From Eledone cirrhosa (taxonomy: Eukaryota): a stretch of 64,000 nt of DNA. A model generated the notes under the pieces. That model had not been told where the DNA came from and searched no databases. It worked only from the letters and a program-made list of their open reading frames with translations. Shown here piece after piece: positions 13,147-26,865 of this stretch. Location: the NCBI GenBank assembly GCA_964016885.1, contig OZ024740.1, forward strand, positions 237,336,001 through 237,400,000, in the 5' to 3' direction. The position numbers and the translations under genes were made by a program. Each line of letters starts with the position of its first letter. Position 1 is the stretch's first letter.

Positions 13147-13189
13147 TAAATATAGTAGAGAGTTGGGGCCCAACTCTCTACTATATTTA
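13147..13189. repeat. Perfect hairpin, 21-bp arms with 1-nt spacer
   Basis: taaatatagtagagagttggg-g-cccaactctctactatattta. Confidence 0.9.
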
Positions 13190-13197
13190 TACATATA

Positions 13198-13890
13198 ATA
13201 ATAATAATTGTTTCTACTTTTGGCACAAGGCCAGCAATTACCCAGTACATTACTGGTACTTTATTTTATCGACCCCGTAAGGATGAAAGGCAAAGTTAAC
13301 CTCGGCGGGATTTGAACTCAGAGTGTAAAGAGCGTTACTCTATGCAGCAAAGCATAGCGCCCGATCCTCTACCGATTCTGCCAATCCACCATAATAATTG
13401 TTTCTACTTTTGGCACAAGGCCAGCAATTATCCCAGTGCATTACTGGTACTTTATTTTATCGACCCCGTAAGGATGAAAGGCAAAGTCAACCTCGGCGGG
13501 ATTTGCACTCAGATCGTAAAGGGACGTAACTCTATGCTGGAAAGCATGGCGTCCGACCCTCCACCGATACTGCCAATCCACCATAATAATGGTTTCTTAT
13601 ATAGGCACAAGGCCAGTAATTTGGGGGGGAGGGGAAAGTCGATTAAATCGACACCAGTACGTTACTGGTACTTTATTTTATCGACCCCGTAAGGATGAAA
13701 GGCAAAGTTAACCTCGGCGGGATTTGAACTCAGACCGTAAAGGAGTGTAACTCTATGCTGCAAAGCATGGCATCCGGCTCTCTACTGATACTGCCCTCAT
13801 AGTGATAATAATAATAGTTTCTGATTTAGACACAAGGCCGACGATTTTTTGGGGGGAGGGGAAAGTTGATTAAACCGACCCCATTACGTT
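13198..13890 (-). mobile_element. Head-to-tail array of ~4 Meta-like SINE copies separated by (TAA)n
   Basis: Repeated ggcacaaggccagcaatt...cgaccccgtaaggatgaaaggcaaag units. Confidence 0.9.
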
Positions 13891-14293
13891 TCCCTAAACT
13901 ATATATATAGATATATACTCACACACACACACACACAGATATATACACACACAAACATATACATATCATTTCTTATCACAATTTCCATTGACTTTGAAGT
14001 GAAGGAGGTAAACTTTTGTTACAATCTATAGAGAAACAGACAAAATGCCTTGTGGTATTTGAATACATCTTCTTATGTTCAGAATTTAAATTCTATTGAA
14101 ATATACTTTACTTTTCATTCTTCCAAGATAGATAAAATAAGTACCATTTAGGCCCTCGGGTCAGTTGAATTGACTATACTTTCCTCCTAAATTCCTGCCT
14201 TTGGGCTTATATTAAACCTCATTGATAGAGTAGGTGGATCGAGGTGGGGCTATTTTCTTTAGTGAAAGCTGTATGTGTTTCATTATATGTAAG

Positions 14294-14480
14294 GGCGGTG
14301 AATTGGCAGTATCGGTAGAGGGTCGGATATGCTTTCCAGCATAGTTACGTCCTTTTACGATCTGAGTTCAATTCCCGTCGAGGTTAACTTTGCCTTTCAT
14401 CCTTACGGGGTCGATAAAATAAAGTACCAGTAATGTACTGGGATAATTGCTGGCCTTGTGCCAAAAGTAGAAACAATTAT
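14294..14480 (+). mobile_element. Meta-like SINE
   Basis: Full head to tail, with attatatgt TSD. Confidence 0.85.
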
Positions 14481-14587
14481 ATGTTATGTACAGTGTGTAT
14501 GAAAGCAGTGTATATGTACAGCTTGTATGGATGTGTTGTACATGTACAGTTATGTGTACTGTGTGCGGTTGTGTAGATTTGTATATA

Positions 14588-14844
14588 GAGTTGTACCCTG
14601 GTATTCGCAGGGGTTACATTCCTGGAGGACTCGCGAAGAATGAAAAACCGCGAATATTGGACGTGGTTCATAAAAATACCTATAAATATCAAAACATAAC
14701 GTAAAATATAGGCCGGCAAATATGGTATATTGCTGTTAATAATTTATTGTTAAAAAGCATTGAAAAATATATATTGCCACGAAAAAAGCCATAACAAAAT
14801 CGGGGAAGATATTTATGACTCCTCGAATATGCGGTGGTACACTA
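14588..14844. mobile_element. pogo/Tigger-like MITE (sister of 9305-9845)
   Basis: Shared gttgtaccc...ggggttac...cgcgaaga.tgaaaaacc...gccacgaaaaaagcca. Confidence 0.75.
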
Positions 14845-14864
14845 TATATGTGTGTGTATACATG

Positions 14865-14941
<77 letters not shown>

Positions 14942-15006
14942 ATATATGTGTGTGTGTGTGTATATATGTGTGTGTGTGTGTATATATGTGTGTGTGTGTG
15001 TATATA

Positions 15007-15039
<33 letters not shown>

Positions 15040-15650
15040 ATATATGTGTGTGTGTGTGTATATATGTGTGTGTGTGTGTATATATGTGTGTGTGTGTGTA
15101 TATATGTGTGTGTATGTATATATATGTGTGTGTATATGTGTGTGTATATATATATGTGTGTATATATGTGTGTATATATATATGTGTGTGTGTATATATA
15201 TGTGTGTGTGTATATATATGTGTGTGTGTATATATATGTGTGTGTGTATATATATGTGTGTGTATATATATGTGTGTGTGTATATATATGTGTGTATGTA
15301 TATATATATGTGTATGTATATATATATGTGTGTATGTATGTGTGTGTGTATATATATATATATGTGTGTATGTATATATATATATATATATATGTGTGTA
15401 TGTATATATATATATGTGTGTGTGTATGTATATATATGTGTGTATATATATGTGTGTGTGTGTATATATATATGTGTGTGTGTGTATATATATATATATA
15501 TGTGTGTGTGTATATATATATGTGTGTGTGTATATATATATATGTGTGTGTGTATATATATATATGTGTGTGTATATATATACATATGTGTATATATATA
15601 TATATGTGTATATGTGTGTATGTGTGTATATCTATATATACATATGTGTG

Positions 15651-15690
<40 letters not shown>

Positions 15691-15700
15691 CACATGTATA
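14845..15700. repeat. ~850-bp compound (TA)m(TG)n microsatellite
   Basis: Read directly from the sequence; source of several artefactual ORFs. Confidence 0.97.
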
Positions 15701-15719
15701 TATGCAGGAGATATGCATT

Positions 15720-16175
15720 ACATCTATAGGCTGCACATATGCATCTCATATATATACTATACAAACTCTTCCTAGCAGGGAAAATGGACATTAAATGATG
15801 ATGATGTGACATTATACACATTGTGTGTATATAAAACACATTTATATATGCTTTCATAGTTTTCACACATCTACACAAATGGTACATAACATAATGTACA
15901 TAGACATCTATATATATATATATATATGTGTATGTGTGTGTGTGATGATGATGGTATATTTACATAGTATATATATATTTACACTTTATATATAGATGTA
16001 TATGTACATTATGTTATGTACCATTTGTGTAGATGTGAGAGCATATATAAATGTGTTTTATATAACACAATATGTACAATGTTACATCATCATCATCATT
16101 TAATGTCCGTTTCTCTTCTAGCAAGAGTTTGTACAGTGTATATATATTTGATGCATATGTTCTGTATATAGATGT
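15720..16175. repeat. Inverted repeat, ~195-bp arms around a TA/TG-rich spacer
   Basis: 15720-15916 is the diverged reverse complement of 15987-16175 (catctacacaaatggtacataacataatgtacata / tatgtacattatgttatgtaccatttgtgtagatg). Confidence 0.9.
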
Positions 16176-17007
16176 GACAGATATTTACAGTATGTAGATG
16201 TGATATATATGTACAGTGTGTACGTTATATGTACAGCATATAGAATAAAACTATCTTCATAAGGTGTGGTGTATAGATTATCCTTTTATGTGTGATACAT
16301 GTGAAGATTTGTTTATTCTATAATCAATATATGTGTGTAAATGGGTTATATATATAGAGAGAGAGTGTTTATAATTTTGGCAATATACTTTTGTGACTGG
16401 GTAACATCTGGTAATATTACTTAGGCAAAACAAATATGATTAACATTTGTTCAAATTTCATGGTGCTTATACAAAAATAAAATGAATAATAATTTTGAAA
16501 ATAAAAATAGTTATTAACTAATTTACTACAGCTGTATTTAGCTAAAACAAAACCATAAAACATGCTCCAACACTATACATATAATGTTAAAGAAAACATT
16601 AATTTGAGAAAAAAAGACAGAAAAGAAATTGAGAAAAGGAAATATATATTTTTCTCTATGTATATTTCATTTGTCAAAGGAAGAAAGGCTAAAAAGAAAA
16701 CTTTATTCCATACAAACGCTGTAAGCTCTTCATTCATAAGTTTGGGGATTAAAAAATTACATTAACTCTTAACGTCCTGTAATGCATGCAACCACATTAC
16801 CAATGAATTCTTGAAAAGTACAAAACAACACTATGGTTGTATCACATTAAAATCAAAGTCTTTACTTTAGTTTACTGCAAATTTTGCCACTAATTTCTTC
16901 ACTAGTAAAGATATAAACATTTGAATTAAAGTATTCCCTTTTAGATATTTTCTGTTAAATCATTACAGTGTATTAAGAGTTAAACAAGTCCCCTCCCACT
17001 TTCTCCC

Positions 17008-17041
<34 letters not shown>

Positions 17042-19059
17042 AGAATACATTATTTAATTCATTAAGAATATTTTTGGTGTTCCAAGTAAGACAGACAATC
17101 AGAGAAAACACGTTAAGTATATCAATAGCTGTGTTGTATAATATGTACTGTGAGTGTAAATATTTGATATAGAACTCCTTTTTTTTTTTTAATACTTTTT
17201 ACAAATTTATCCTTACCCTTCACCACATACACAATAACGTTGTTTATTTACAGTAATTCTCAATGTCACTGATTGTTGACAAATCTCTTGTGGAATCTGT
17301 TTCCTCTGCCTTCTCTTACCATTTTCCTTTTCCTTTCGGTTGCTTCTCAGTGTCATGCTGACTAGAATCTTTTACGGGAGCTCCAACAGCTGAAAGCTGT
17401 GGAGCAACTTTGCCTCTCCTCACTCGCTCTGATCTCTCGCAATGCTGACAGTAGCATGCTTACCAAACAGCAACAACAGCAGCAGTAGTGCCGAGGACAA
17501 GGAACACATCAATTTACACTCTTACAACTTGTATGCACATTTAGGTATGTGTAGGTGTGTGCGTTCTCCTAGCAGCACAAGTAGCAGCTGGTGAGATGGA
17601 CTGTTCTTTAGATAGTATAACCACCACCACCACCACCACCACAAACACAAACACCTTGCTTGTAGCTACAGATATGGTCATTTGGTTACCTCCCTCCACA
17701 CCACAATATATATATCACACATGTACAATGAATTAACAGTACATATTAGTTTTGAAAATTAGAGATATTATATATATATATTTTTTAATCATCATTATTC
17801 TTTCTTTTTTTTTTTTGCTTTTAAAACTTTCATTTTATTTAATTGCCATTTGTAAATTTCATTGTTTCTCTGAACCATTTAGTCCCTATGATTCTTCATT
17901 CTTCCAGTACTTTCTTGCTGTTCCAATATTAGTTGAGTGTTCTCTAAATTTCTCACCAACACCTGTTTTTCCACATTAATCCAGTTCTGTATCCAAAACT
18001 TTATATCATAAAAAAAATATCAAAGGACAGAAAAGAACCTACGCATGTGCACACACAAAACTTCAAAACTAAATTCTCCTGGCAACTTCCCCTAACATTT
18101 CAAGTTGGTCTAAGGAATGAAATCAAAGATAGAGCTTCTGTCTTATAGAGTAAATGATTATATATATTCTACATACATTTGGATTATTTAAAATGATAGT
18201 CATTATCATCACAACTAAAATTTTAAAAATGGTAAGTCTTTTTGCATCCTTTCCTTTTCTTTGCTTTACATACCACTCCACTTTCTTCTGTCTCTGATGC
18301 CCCTCCCAGCTTGATACACTCTCATATACATGATCCCCTCCCCTGCTTGCAATTAAAATATCTGCTCTGTGGTTTCTTCCCCATGAATCTCTCCTCCATC
18401 CTACTATATAGTTCATCTATTTGTCACAGACTCTCCTTTAAGGAACTGTTATCTTATTTCCACATATACAAACAAGCTGCATCTTTTTTTAAATTTTATT
18501 TCTACACATTTATTTTCAAAGAATAAAAAACATCATTTATTTAATGGTTGTTGTTTGTTGATATTGCTGTTGTTGTTGTTATTGTTCTTGTACTTTGCAA
18601 TATCAATGCAACAAATGTATATGAAGTTGGTTTCTAAATCAGTTGATTTCATGGGGATAATAATGATCATGATAGTGATGATGTTGACAAGTATTGATTT
18701 CATTTCATTTCATTTGGCATTAAACCAACTTTTACATTTTTTTCTTCTTTATTTTTGAGTGTGTGTGTGCGCGTGCTTAGGTGCACGCTTGTGTGTGTTT
18801 GTGAGGGGGAGAAAGAGAGAGAAGTGCAGTTAATTCTTGCTATCCCCAATAAGTCAATATTTTATTTACCTTGGAATTGTGAAAATGCAAAGTCAGCATC
18901 AGTGAGATTTGAACTCAGAAATAAATATGGAACAACTTAACATAGATGCAGTAAAAATTGAAGTGTAGCTTACTGCTGCTGCTGCTGCTGCTGCTACTAC
19001 TACTACTACCACCACCACCACACCTCAACCACCATTGCCAGAACTATCTCAGCCATCAC

Positions 19060-20020
19060 AATAATAGTGGTGCTGTTTATTTCTAACACTGGCACAAGGC
19101 TAGGAATATTAGTGGAAAAAGTGAAGTTGATTAAATTGACCCCAGTATATGACTGGTACTTAGTTTATGGACCCTCCCCTCTCACCAGAAAGATGACAGT
19201 TAAAGGCAACCCCAGTGAGATTGAAATTCAGAATAAAAACAGACCTAACTAATTACTGCTAGATCTTTTGTCCAGTACTCTTTCAATTCTGATAGTCTCT
19301 CCACATTAACAGTAATATTAATGGATTTTATTTTAACCTCAAGGCCAGCAATTTGTGGTGAGGGAAAGTCAATTAAATCAAATCTAGTACCTATTATTTC
19401 ATTGACCTATTATTTCAATGACCTATTATTTCAAATCTAGTACCTATTATTTCATTGACCCCTGAAGAATTAAAAGCAAATATGCCCTTGACAAGATTTG
19501 AACTCAGAGCTGAAACTAAATATTGCAAAGTAGTTTGTTTAATGCTTTAACAATTCTGTCACTCATCACCCTTGATATCAATACTAATAATTGTTTCTAC
19601 TTTTGGCACAAGGCCAGCAATTATTCCAGTGTATTACTGCTGCTTTATTTAGCAATTTCGTAAGGATGAAAGGCAAAGCTAACCTCGGTGGGATTTGAAC
19701 TCAGAACATAAAGGGCTATAAATCTATACTGCAAAGCATGGTGTCTGTAATAATAATTGTTTCTACTTTTGGCACAAGGCCAGCAATTACCCCGGTGCAT
19801 TACTGGTGCTTTATTTTATCGACCCCGTAAGGATGAAAGGCAAAGCTAACCTTGGCGAGATTTGAACTCGGAACGTAAAGGGCCGTAACTGTATGCTGCA
19901 AAGCATGGTGTCTGATGCTCTACCGATGCTGCCAATCCATCAACCTAATAATAATTGTTTCTACTTTTGGCACAAGGCCAGCAATTATTCCAGAGCATTA
20001 CTGGTACTTTATTTTTAATA
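19060..20020 (-). mobile_element. Cluster of ~5 Meta-like SINE copies of different ages
   Basis: Repeated ggcacaaggccagcaatt and gatttgaactcag motifs. Confidence 0.8.
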
Positions 20021-20747
20021 ATAATGATATCTAACATTACTATTTGGCTATAGATTTTTAGGGGAGAGATTGTATTGACTCAATAAAATAAAATATGTTA
20101 CAAGTACTAATTTGTTGGCTGCGGGTCGAAAGACAAAATTGATCTAAACAAGTTTTCAAGTGACAATGTAAAAGAGTATAACTAACTACTATGAAGCATT
20201 TAGCATAGTGCTCTATTCTGTTTAATAAATAATCCAGCACATTTTGTAATTACTTAAAAACAACCTAGAGAAATCATATGAGTTTGATAACAGAAGGATG
20301 GTGATTTTTGACTTGGTTGGATCCCAGATCCAATATGGTCACAACTATACTGACAGTTGGCAATGATAATAACAATAACAATGATAATGGCTTATAATTT
20401 AGGCACATGGTTAACAATTTGGAGTGGGTGGGATAATTAAATCAACCCCACTACTTGACTGGTACTTTTAACAGCCCTGAAAGAATGAAAGACAAAGTTC
20501 ACCTTGGCAGGATATGAACTTCAAATGTAATGATAAGGATGATCATGATAATGATGATTTCAACTTTATGCACAAGGCCAGTAATTTTTTGGAAAAGAGA
20601 AACAGTCTTATATTGAGCCCAGTACTTCACTGGTATTTTATCTTATCAACTCCAGAAAAATGTAAGGCAAATTTGACATTGGCAAGACTTGAAGATAGAA
20701 GGCCATAAACAAAAGCCTGAAAACAGTTTGTCCAATGCTCTAACAAT

Positions 20748-21400
20748 TCTTCTTCTCTTCCTCGACCACTTATTCCTGGGGGTGGGGTTGTGGAGACAGA
20801 GTCCTCAAACATACTTTCCAGTGAGTCCTGTCAGAAGCAACCATCTCCAATTGATCCAGATGGATCCCCAAATGTGACCAGCCAAGCTTATGGATGTTAT
20901 CCAACCATCTTGCTTGGGGTCTACCCCTAGGTCTCCTGTCAGTTGGTTTTACCTGCAGTATCTGTTCAGCAATTCTTTCTTTAGTCATTCTAACCACACA
21001 CCTGTAGTATTGGAGCTGTGACCTCTCAATTCAGAGAAGTAGTGGCGCTACCTTCAGCTACATGCTCTATTGAATAACGTTGTTCCAAAGACTCTTCAGA
21101 GGAACCCCATTTTGGTCGCTTGTATTCACGATCATATTCTTTCGGTCATTACCCAAGATTCATGACCATAGGTAAGGGTTGGCACAAATACCAAATTGAA
21201 GATAGCGTGTTTAGCTTTTACACCTACTCCCTTCTTTTGATGACCAAATGCTGAAGTTGGTGCATTACTACACTAGTTTCTACAGTTCTTGCACTTAATT
21301 CAACCATCTGCCTTCCATCACTCGTGAATACGGCTCCGAGATCCTTGAATTCTCCACCTGTTTCAGTGGATCTGATTCACATGTAGAATGCACTGTGTCT
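20748..21400 (-). mobile_element. RTE LINE 3' fragment, second family, (GAA)n tail
   Basis: VRMTKERIAEQILQVKPTDRRPRGRPQARWLDNI; upstream decayed FK.LG..FT and LTYGHESW motifs. Confidence 0.8.
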
Positions 21401-22091
21401 AACAATTCTGTCAGTCAATAATAATGATATTAATTTCTTACATAGACACAAGACCAGGAATTTGGGGTGCAGGGCTGGTTTATTAAATTAACTTCAGTAC
21501 TTGACTGGTATTAACTTTATCAACCCCAGGATGATGAAATACAAAGTTGATCTCTGGGATGGAAAGTGAAGTTTGAACTTAAAGCATAAAGATACCACAT
21601 AGCATTTAGTCTGACACCCTAACGGTTCTTCCAATCAACTGTTAAATAGTAGTAATATTAATTTGTGGAAGTTGTTTTGGTGGTAAAGCTTCCAGACTGT
21701 TGGGACATCTGTATATACATGCATGCCTACACCAATACATCTTTATGCATACAGATGTGTGCATAGGCATGTACATAAACATGTGTAAAGACACACACAT
21801 GTGCATGTTAAAACAAGCACATTTTCAAACATATTGAGACTCATATTTGTATACACACACACACACACATGCACACACATAAATTACAGTAGCAGCAATG
21901 AAAACACTTGTAGGAGCAGCAGCAGCAACAGCAACATTAACTCTACACTTTCTTATAACAGAGTAGTAGCAATATGTGAAGGGAAGTTTTATATTAATAG
22001 GAAACGATAAGGGGGAGATTGTGGTGTTGATGCGGTTCTTGAGATTCTTAGTGTATTCAAAGTTCGTTAAAATTGATAAGAATGATATCTT

Positions 22092-22300
22092 TTAACCCTT
22101 TTGTGCACCAACCTGCCCCAAACTGGCTCTGTTATTTTGAAACAAACCACCCATTGAAAGAGTTCTTATTAAGTTATAAATCCTCCATTATTTTATGAGA
22201 ATTTTTTTTTAAAGTGATGTTAGAAAATCCCTCCAAATTCTTCGTTAATTAAATGAAATGCTATGTATTTCTTGAGAAATGGAGTAATGACAAGGATAAT
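22092..22300 (+). mobile_element. piggyBac-like MITE family B
   Basis: TTAACCCTTTTG start and shared internal sequence. Confidence 0.55.
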
Positions 22301-22529
22301 TTGATATATATCAGACTATTGTAGAGGCAGGCAAGAATGGAAGGATGTTTTGTAGTTACCTGAATCAACAATATATTACTGGTACTTATTGGACTCTAGA
22401 GAATGAAAAGAAATGTCAACCTGTGTAACATTTGAACTCAGAACAAGACACACGTGTGAGATTATCAAGTTCGACACACTTTAGCAATCATCATGGTAAT
22501 AATGATTCTACTTAAATTTGTCACAAGAG

Positions 22530-22712
22530 CAACATAAATATTACAATACAATTATGGGATCAACATAAATATAAAATATTACAATACAATTATGGGATCA
22601 ACATAAATATAAAATATTACAATACAATTATGGGATCAACATAAATATAAAATATTACAATACAATTATGGGATCAACATAAATATTACAATACAATTAT
22701 GGGATGAACATA
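22530..22712. repeat. 38-bp tandem repeat (caacataaatataaaatattacaatacaattatgggat), ~5 units including 31-bp variants
   Basis: Read directly from the sequence. Confidence 0.92.
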
Positions 22713-23367
22713 CAGAATTGTAGATGGAAATTATAAAGCATGAAATAGATTATATATATATATAAATGAAAAGTATAGAAATTATTGTAGCAAGAAGCCA
22801 ACAGTATTCCATAATATATATATATAATCTATATATATAGATTTAATTATATAATAAACAACACAATATAATTATTCCGTTACCCAAGGTTTCACGAAAT
22901 TAGACAATTCTAACAGAATATATATATATGAAATATATATTGTTTTTCACAAAAACAATATAAAAAGTTAGAACCATAGGTGGAGAGGTTAAACACAATG
23001 TCTTTTTTGAATGAATATATATATATATATATAAAGACAAATATCTCTCTATCTGTGGACACCAGACAGATAAATGAAGGAGCCTCTATATGATCACTTG
23101 GTTTGCTAGAAATAGCAGCCAAATCTCCTTCAAGCCACACCCTACTGTCTTAAATAAAGAAGTTTACATTAGATAGTAAACTTTCTTATACACAAAAAGA
23201 CATGTTAGTCACAGTTGGAATACCTTTGGTAAAGGTGTGCACAAACAAGGCTGATCTGGGGTCTTGTTTGTGCAGACCTTTATGCTGTTTATAAAATTTT
23301 GTTTGCCTTTTATTTACCTTTTTAATTCTAAATTGCCTTTTGCTTCTACAATACAAAAGTGTTTGTT

Positions 23368-23589
23368 TTAACATTTTAGCATTTACATTACTCTATATTT
23401 ACTATTGTATTTTCACGGTAAACACTGTATTTGACATAATTATCTCACACAATATAAAATCTATGAAATATAAAATCTATGAAAACAATACCTTAACATA
23501 AGTATGAGGACCCAGTTACAGTTGGTTTGAACAGAAAGAGGTGTGAGAATTCTGGCTGGATATGGCCAGTTTAAATGCTAAAGGGTTAA
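23368..23589. mobile_element. piggyBac-like MITE family A
   Basis: Homologous to 12129-12357; right TIR intact, left TIR mutated. Confidence 0.85.
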
Positions 23590-23674
23590 AGTGTTTTTAA
23601 TTATCTAAATATCTTTTGTTGGATTTTATATGAGAACTTTAATTATGAAAAAGTTAGTTATATTACTAAATTCT

Positions 23675-23900
23675 TTATGAATTCTTCCCGAAATTCGCCA
23701 ACACTACAGCTGATACCCCCCCCCCCCCTCCATACACACACATGCATGTATCTGTGTGTATATCATGACTCATACACTGTTCACTTTCCTGACATTTGTA
23801 CATTATTCTATGTACTATACATGCACCCTTGATGTGTTGTAGTGCACCTGAGCACTGTACACAATAATTTCATTATTATTATTATTGTTATTATTATTAT
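23675..23900 (+). mobile_element. CR1-like LINE 3' end
   Basis: gtgcacctgagcactgtacacaataatttc followed by an (ATT)n tail. Confidence 0.5.
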
Positions 23901-25329
23901 ATTGAAACTGATTTGAAAATTATAGGTAGCATCTTTCATTAGAAATTTGGTAACAAAGGAGTTTTAAAATATTGCTATTGGGAGATAAATTCAAATCAAG
24001 TTGAATAAGAAATGCGTACAAATATCAATTTGCTATCCCCCCCCCCCCAAAAAAAAATGATTAAAAAGTGTGTAACTATAAGGTACCAATGTCAACCCTA
24101 TTTGGAATCTGAGGCAAGTGTCATTTACCATAGCCTCAGGGCAACCAAAGCTTTGTGAATGAAATTGGTTACATGGAATCTGTCGAGAAATTTGTTGAAT
24201 GAACTGCACCTGTAATTCCAAAGGCCAGCTTTGTCACATATTATGTCATGCTGAATCTCCCTGAGAATTACGTTAAAGGTATATCATATTTATTTGTAAA
24301 ATGCTTAGCTACTTGCATTTTAATTTTACAAGTAGACTGTTGCAATGACCAAACAACTGTCGAAACCAACAGAAGTCCATTCCATTTCTACTCCATAAAA
24401 ATTATATTTAATATAATTACATAAATATAATTATATTTGTATGCCAAAATTCTTCAAAATTAAGGAGAAATATATCTTTATGATGATATATCATATTTTG
24501 TCTGTTTAAAAGACAAAATATGACATCTTCATATTTTTAGTTATATAATCAAGTTAGGTACTTAATGTCATTAATTTCCAAGTTTTTCAGTTTTATTTGA
24601 GAAAATCTCTGAAGTGTTGAGTATGTCGGCTAGCACACACACATATGTACATGTGTGTGTGTGTGTGCATATACATGTATATATATGTAAGTATATTTCT
24701 ATATGGGTGTGTATATACATATCACAAGTTGGTTTTCTTGCAGGACATCTAGATGTTTCAGTGACTATTCAATTTGCTAGCTGCTGTTTAATTAGTTACT
24801 CCTCTATAATAAAATTCTTCATTGGGGTGTGATAGCAAATCAAATAAGTTGGTGGAAACTGCTCTTCCCCACAATCCATAACAAACCTCTGACTCTGCAA
24901 ATACCTTCTTTTATCCATACTAAACTTATGGGTCTTCCTTTATCACCTATTTATAACAGTAGCACAAGACCACAAATATGTTGTAGATGGTGGTTGTGGT
25001 GGTTTTAGTGGTTTGGAGCTCACTAGATTAACTCGTTTTCTAACACCACTTGAAACTGCCATTGTTTCTTCAATATAAAACTGTATTTTAAAGTGTTTAT
25101 ATTTATCTAAAAATCTTACATAATAATTTTATGTAAGGTTATGTTCCAAACATGTGTGTGTGTGTGCACGCGCGCCGAGTTTGGAAGGATGGGTGGTCCA
25201 CGTTTGATTTGCCGAATTTGGAGGATGGGTGAGGTTTGGTTTGGCAGAAATCATAAGTACAGGCTGGCATTTGGTTTAGGGTCTTTGCTGAGTGTTTGTG
25301 AACTGTTTGGAGCAATGGTGATCTTGTTT

Positions 25330-25680
25330 CATCATTTCATTTCATTTCATTTCATTTTTACGTCCGATTTTTCCCTGCTTGCAAGGGTGGGACGGGAACT
25401 GATTCTGGCTTGATTTCTACAGCTGGATGCCCTTCCTAACACAACCTCATTTACAGTGAGTGCTGGGTGCTTTTTTGCCGTGGCACCTGCACGACCACTT
25501 TGCAGTGGAATGATAGGGACCCCAGTCCCTATCATCTCATTTCTACAGCTGAGTAAACTGGAGCAATGTGAAATAAAGTGTCTTGCTCAAGGAAACAACA
25601 CATCACCTGGTCTGAGAATTGAACTCACAACCTTTCGATTGCAAGGCCAATGCTCTAACCACTAAGCCATGTGCCTCCAT
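25330..25680 (-). mobile_element. Full-length modular SINE: tRNA head + CORE-like + central domain + RTE 3' tail
   Basis: Minus strand: tggcttagtggttagagc, gagttcaattc, ccttgagcaagacactt, hairpin atgatagggac/gtccctatcat, aggaagggcatccagctgtagaaa, cccacccttgcaagcaggg, (ATGAA)n. Confidence 0.85.
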
Positions 25681-25687
25681 TTTTTAC

Positions 25688-25737
<50 letters not shown>

Positions 25738-25814
25738 ATGTATGTGCATATATATGTGTGTATGTATGTGCATATATAGATATATGTTTCAATCAATTTG
25801 TATGTGTACGAGAG

Positions 25815-26175
25815 TTGGTCTCTCACAGCTTACATGGAATGAAGAATCCAGTCATTCGAGCACTAGTGCTTCAGAAGTTTGCTACATATCCCACACATGG
25901 AGCACAAAACAAACAGTTTTGTCAGGCAGCAAGTTAACAAATATGCTGGAAGACAGAAACCACTCCTTGCGATGGGGGAAAAGGTGGAAGCTTGCTTGGT
26001 ATGGTCATATATCCTGCCACAACTCCCTGCCCGAAACCATCCTTCAGGGTAAAGGAGAGCAGACAAAGAAAGTTCTGGTACAACAACATCAAAGACTGGA
26101 TTGGTCACAACCCTAAACGCCTCAACGACTAACTGCACAAGTTGCAGGCACATGATGATGATGATGATGATGATG
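25815..26175 (+). mobile_element. RTE LINE 3' fragment
   Basis: KRWKLAWYGHISCHNSLPETILQG followed by an (ATG)n tail. Confidence 0.75.
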
Positions 26176-26293
26176 GTGGTGTGTGTGTGTGTGTGTGTGT
26201 GTGTGTTTAACAATTTTAAGTGTGAAATATAGCTAAATTTTCGTATATGTATCTTTATATACGTATGTTGGCATGGAAAAATGGACATTAAAT

Positions 26294-26347
<54 letters not shown>

Positions 26348-26865
26348 TAGTGGTGTGGAATGTTTAGTTACTGTTGGTTCACCAGTTTGAGCACTCAATG
26401 CTAATATGTGGGTGTGGCTACCGATGTGGGATTCTACATTTTGTACTTCACCATTATTGGTATCATTAAGAAGCAGTGTTAATGATAATAATAAGGAGCA
26501 AGAATGAAATATCAATATAACATCAATATGTTTATTCACACGAGAAGCATGTTTCACGATCAATTGGTTCAAGATACGACTAGTAGTGATGAGGCCTGAC
26601 TCTGGAACAATAGTGTGTCATGTATGAATAAACATATTGATATTATATTGATACTTCATTCCTGCAACTTATTATATTATGCATATAAAAAAAAAGTCTC
26701 TTTTGAATAACCCCCCCCCCCCTCTCATATACCAGTAGTATTCTTTTTTTCATCTTCTCTCACTTCTTCCCCTTATTCCCTCCTTACCCACTCTTCATTA
26801 TTCAAGTGACCTTTCTCCCCCCCCCCCCACCACTAGATATCTGTTTTATTCAATATATATATATA

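Noticed and set aside
13312-13692. Recurrent peptide YFIDPVRMKGKVNLGGI
   Set aside because: Translation of a non-coding SINE
14736-15887. 283-383 aa ORFs on both strands (also at 3.8-4.3, 7.4-7.9 and 12.3-12.9 kb)
   Set aside because: Translations of TA/TG/CA microsatellites
17358-17380. miR-279-family seed TGACTAGA
   Set aside because: No complementary arm to form a pre-miRNA hairpin
22530-22712. CRISPR-like array (also the 28-30 bp arrays)
   Set aside because: Contiguous tandem units with no unique spacers, in a eukaryotic context with no cas genes
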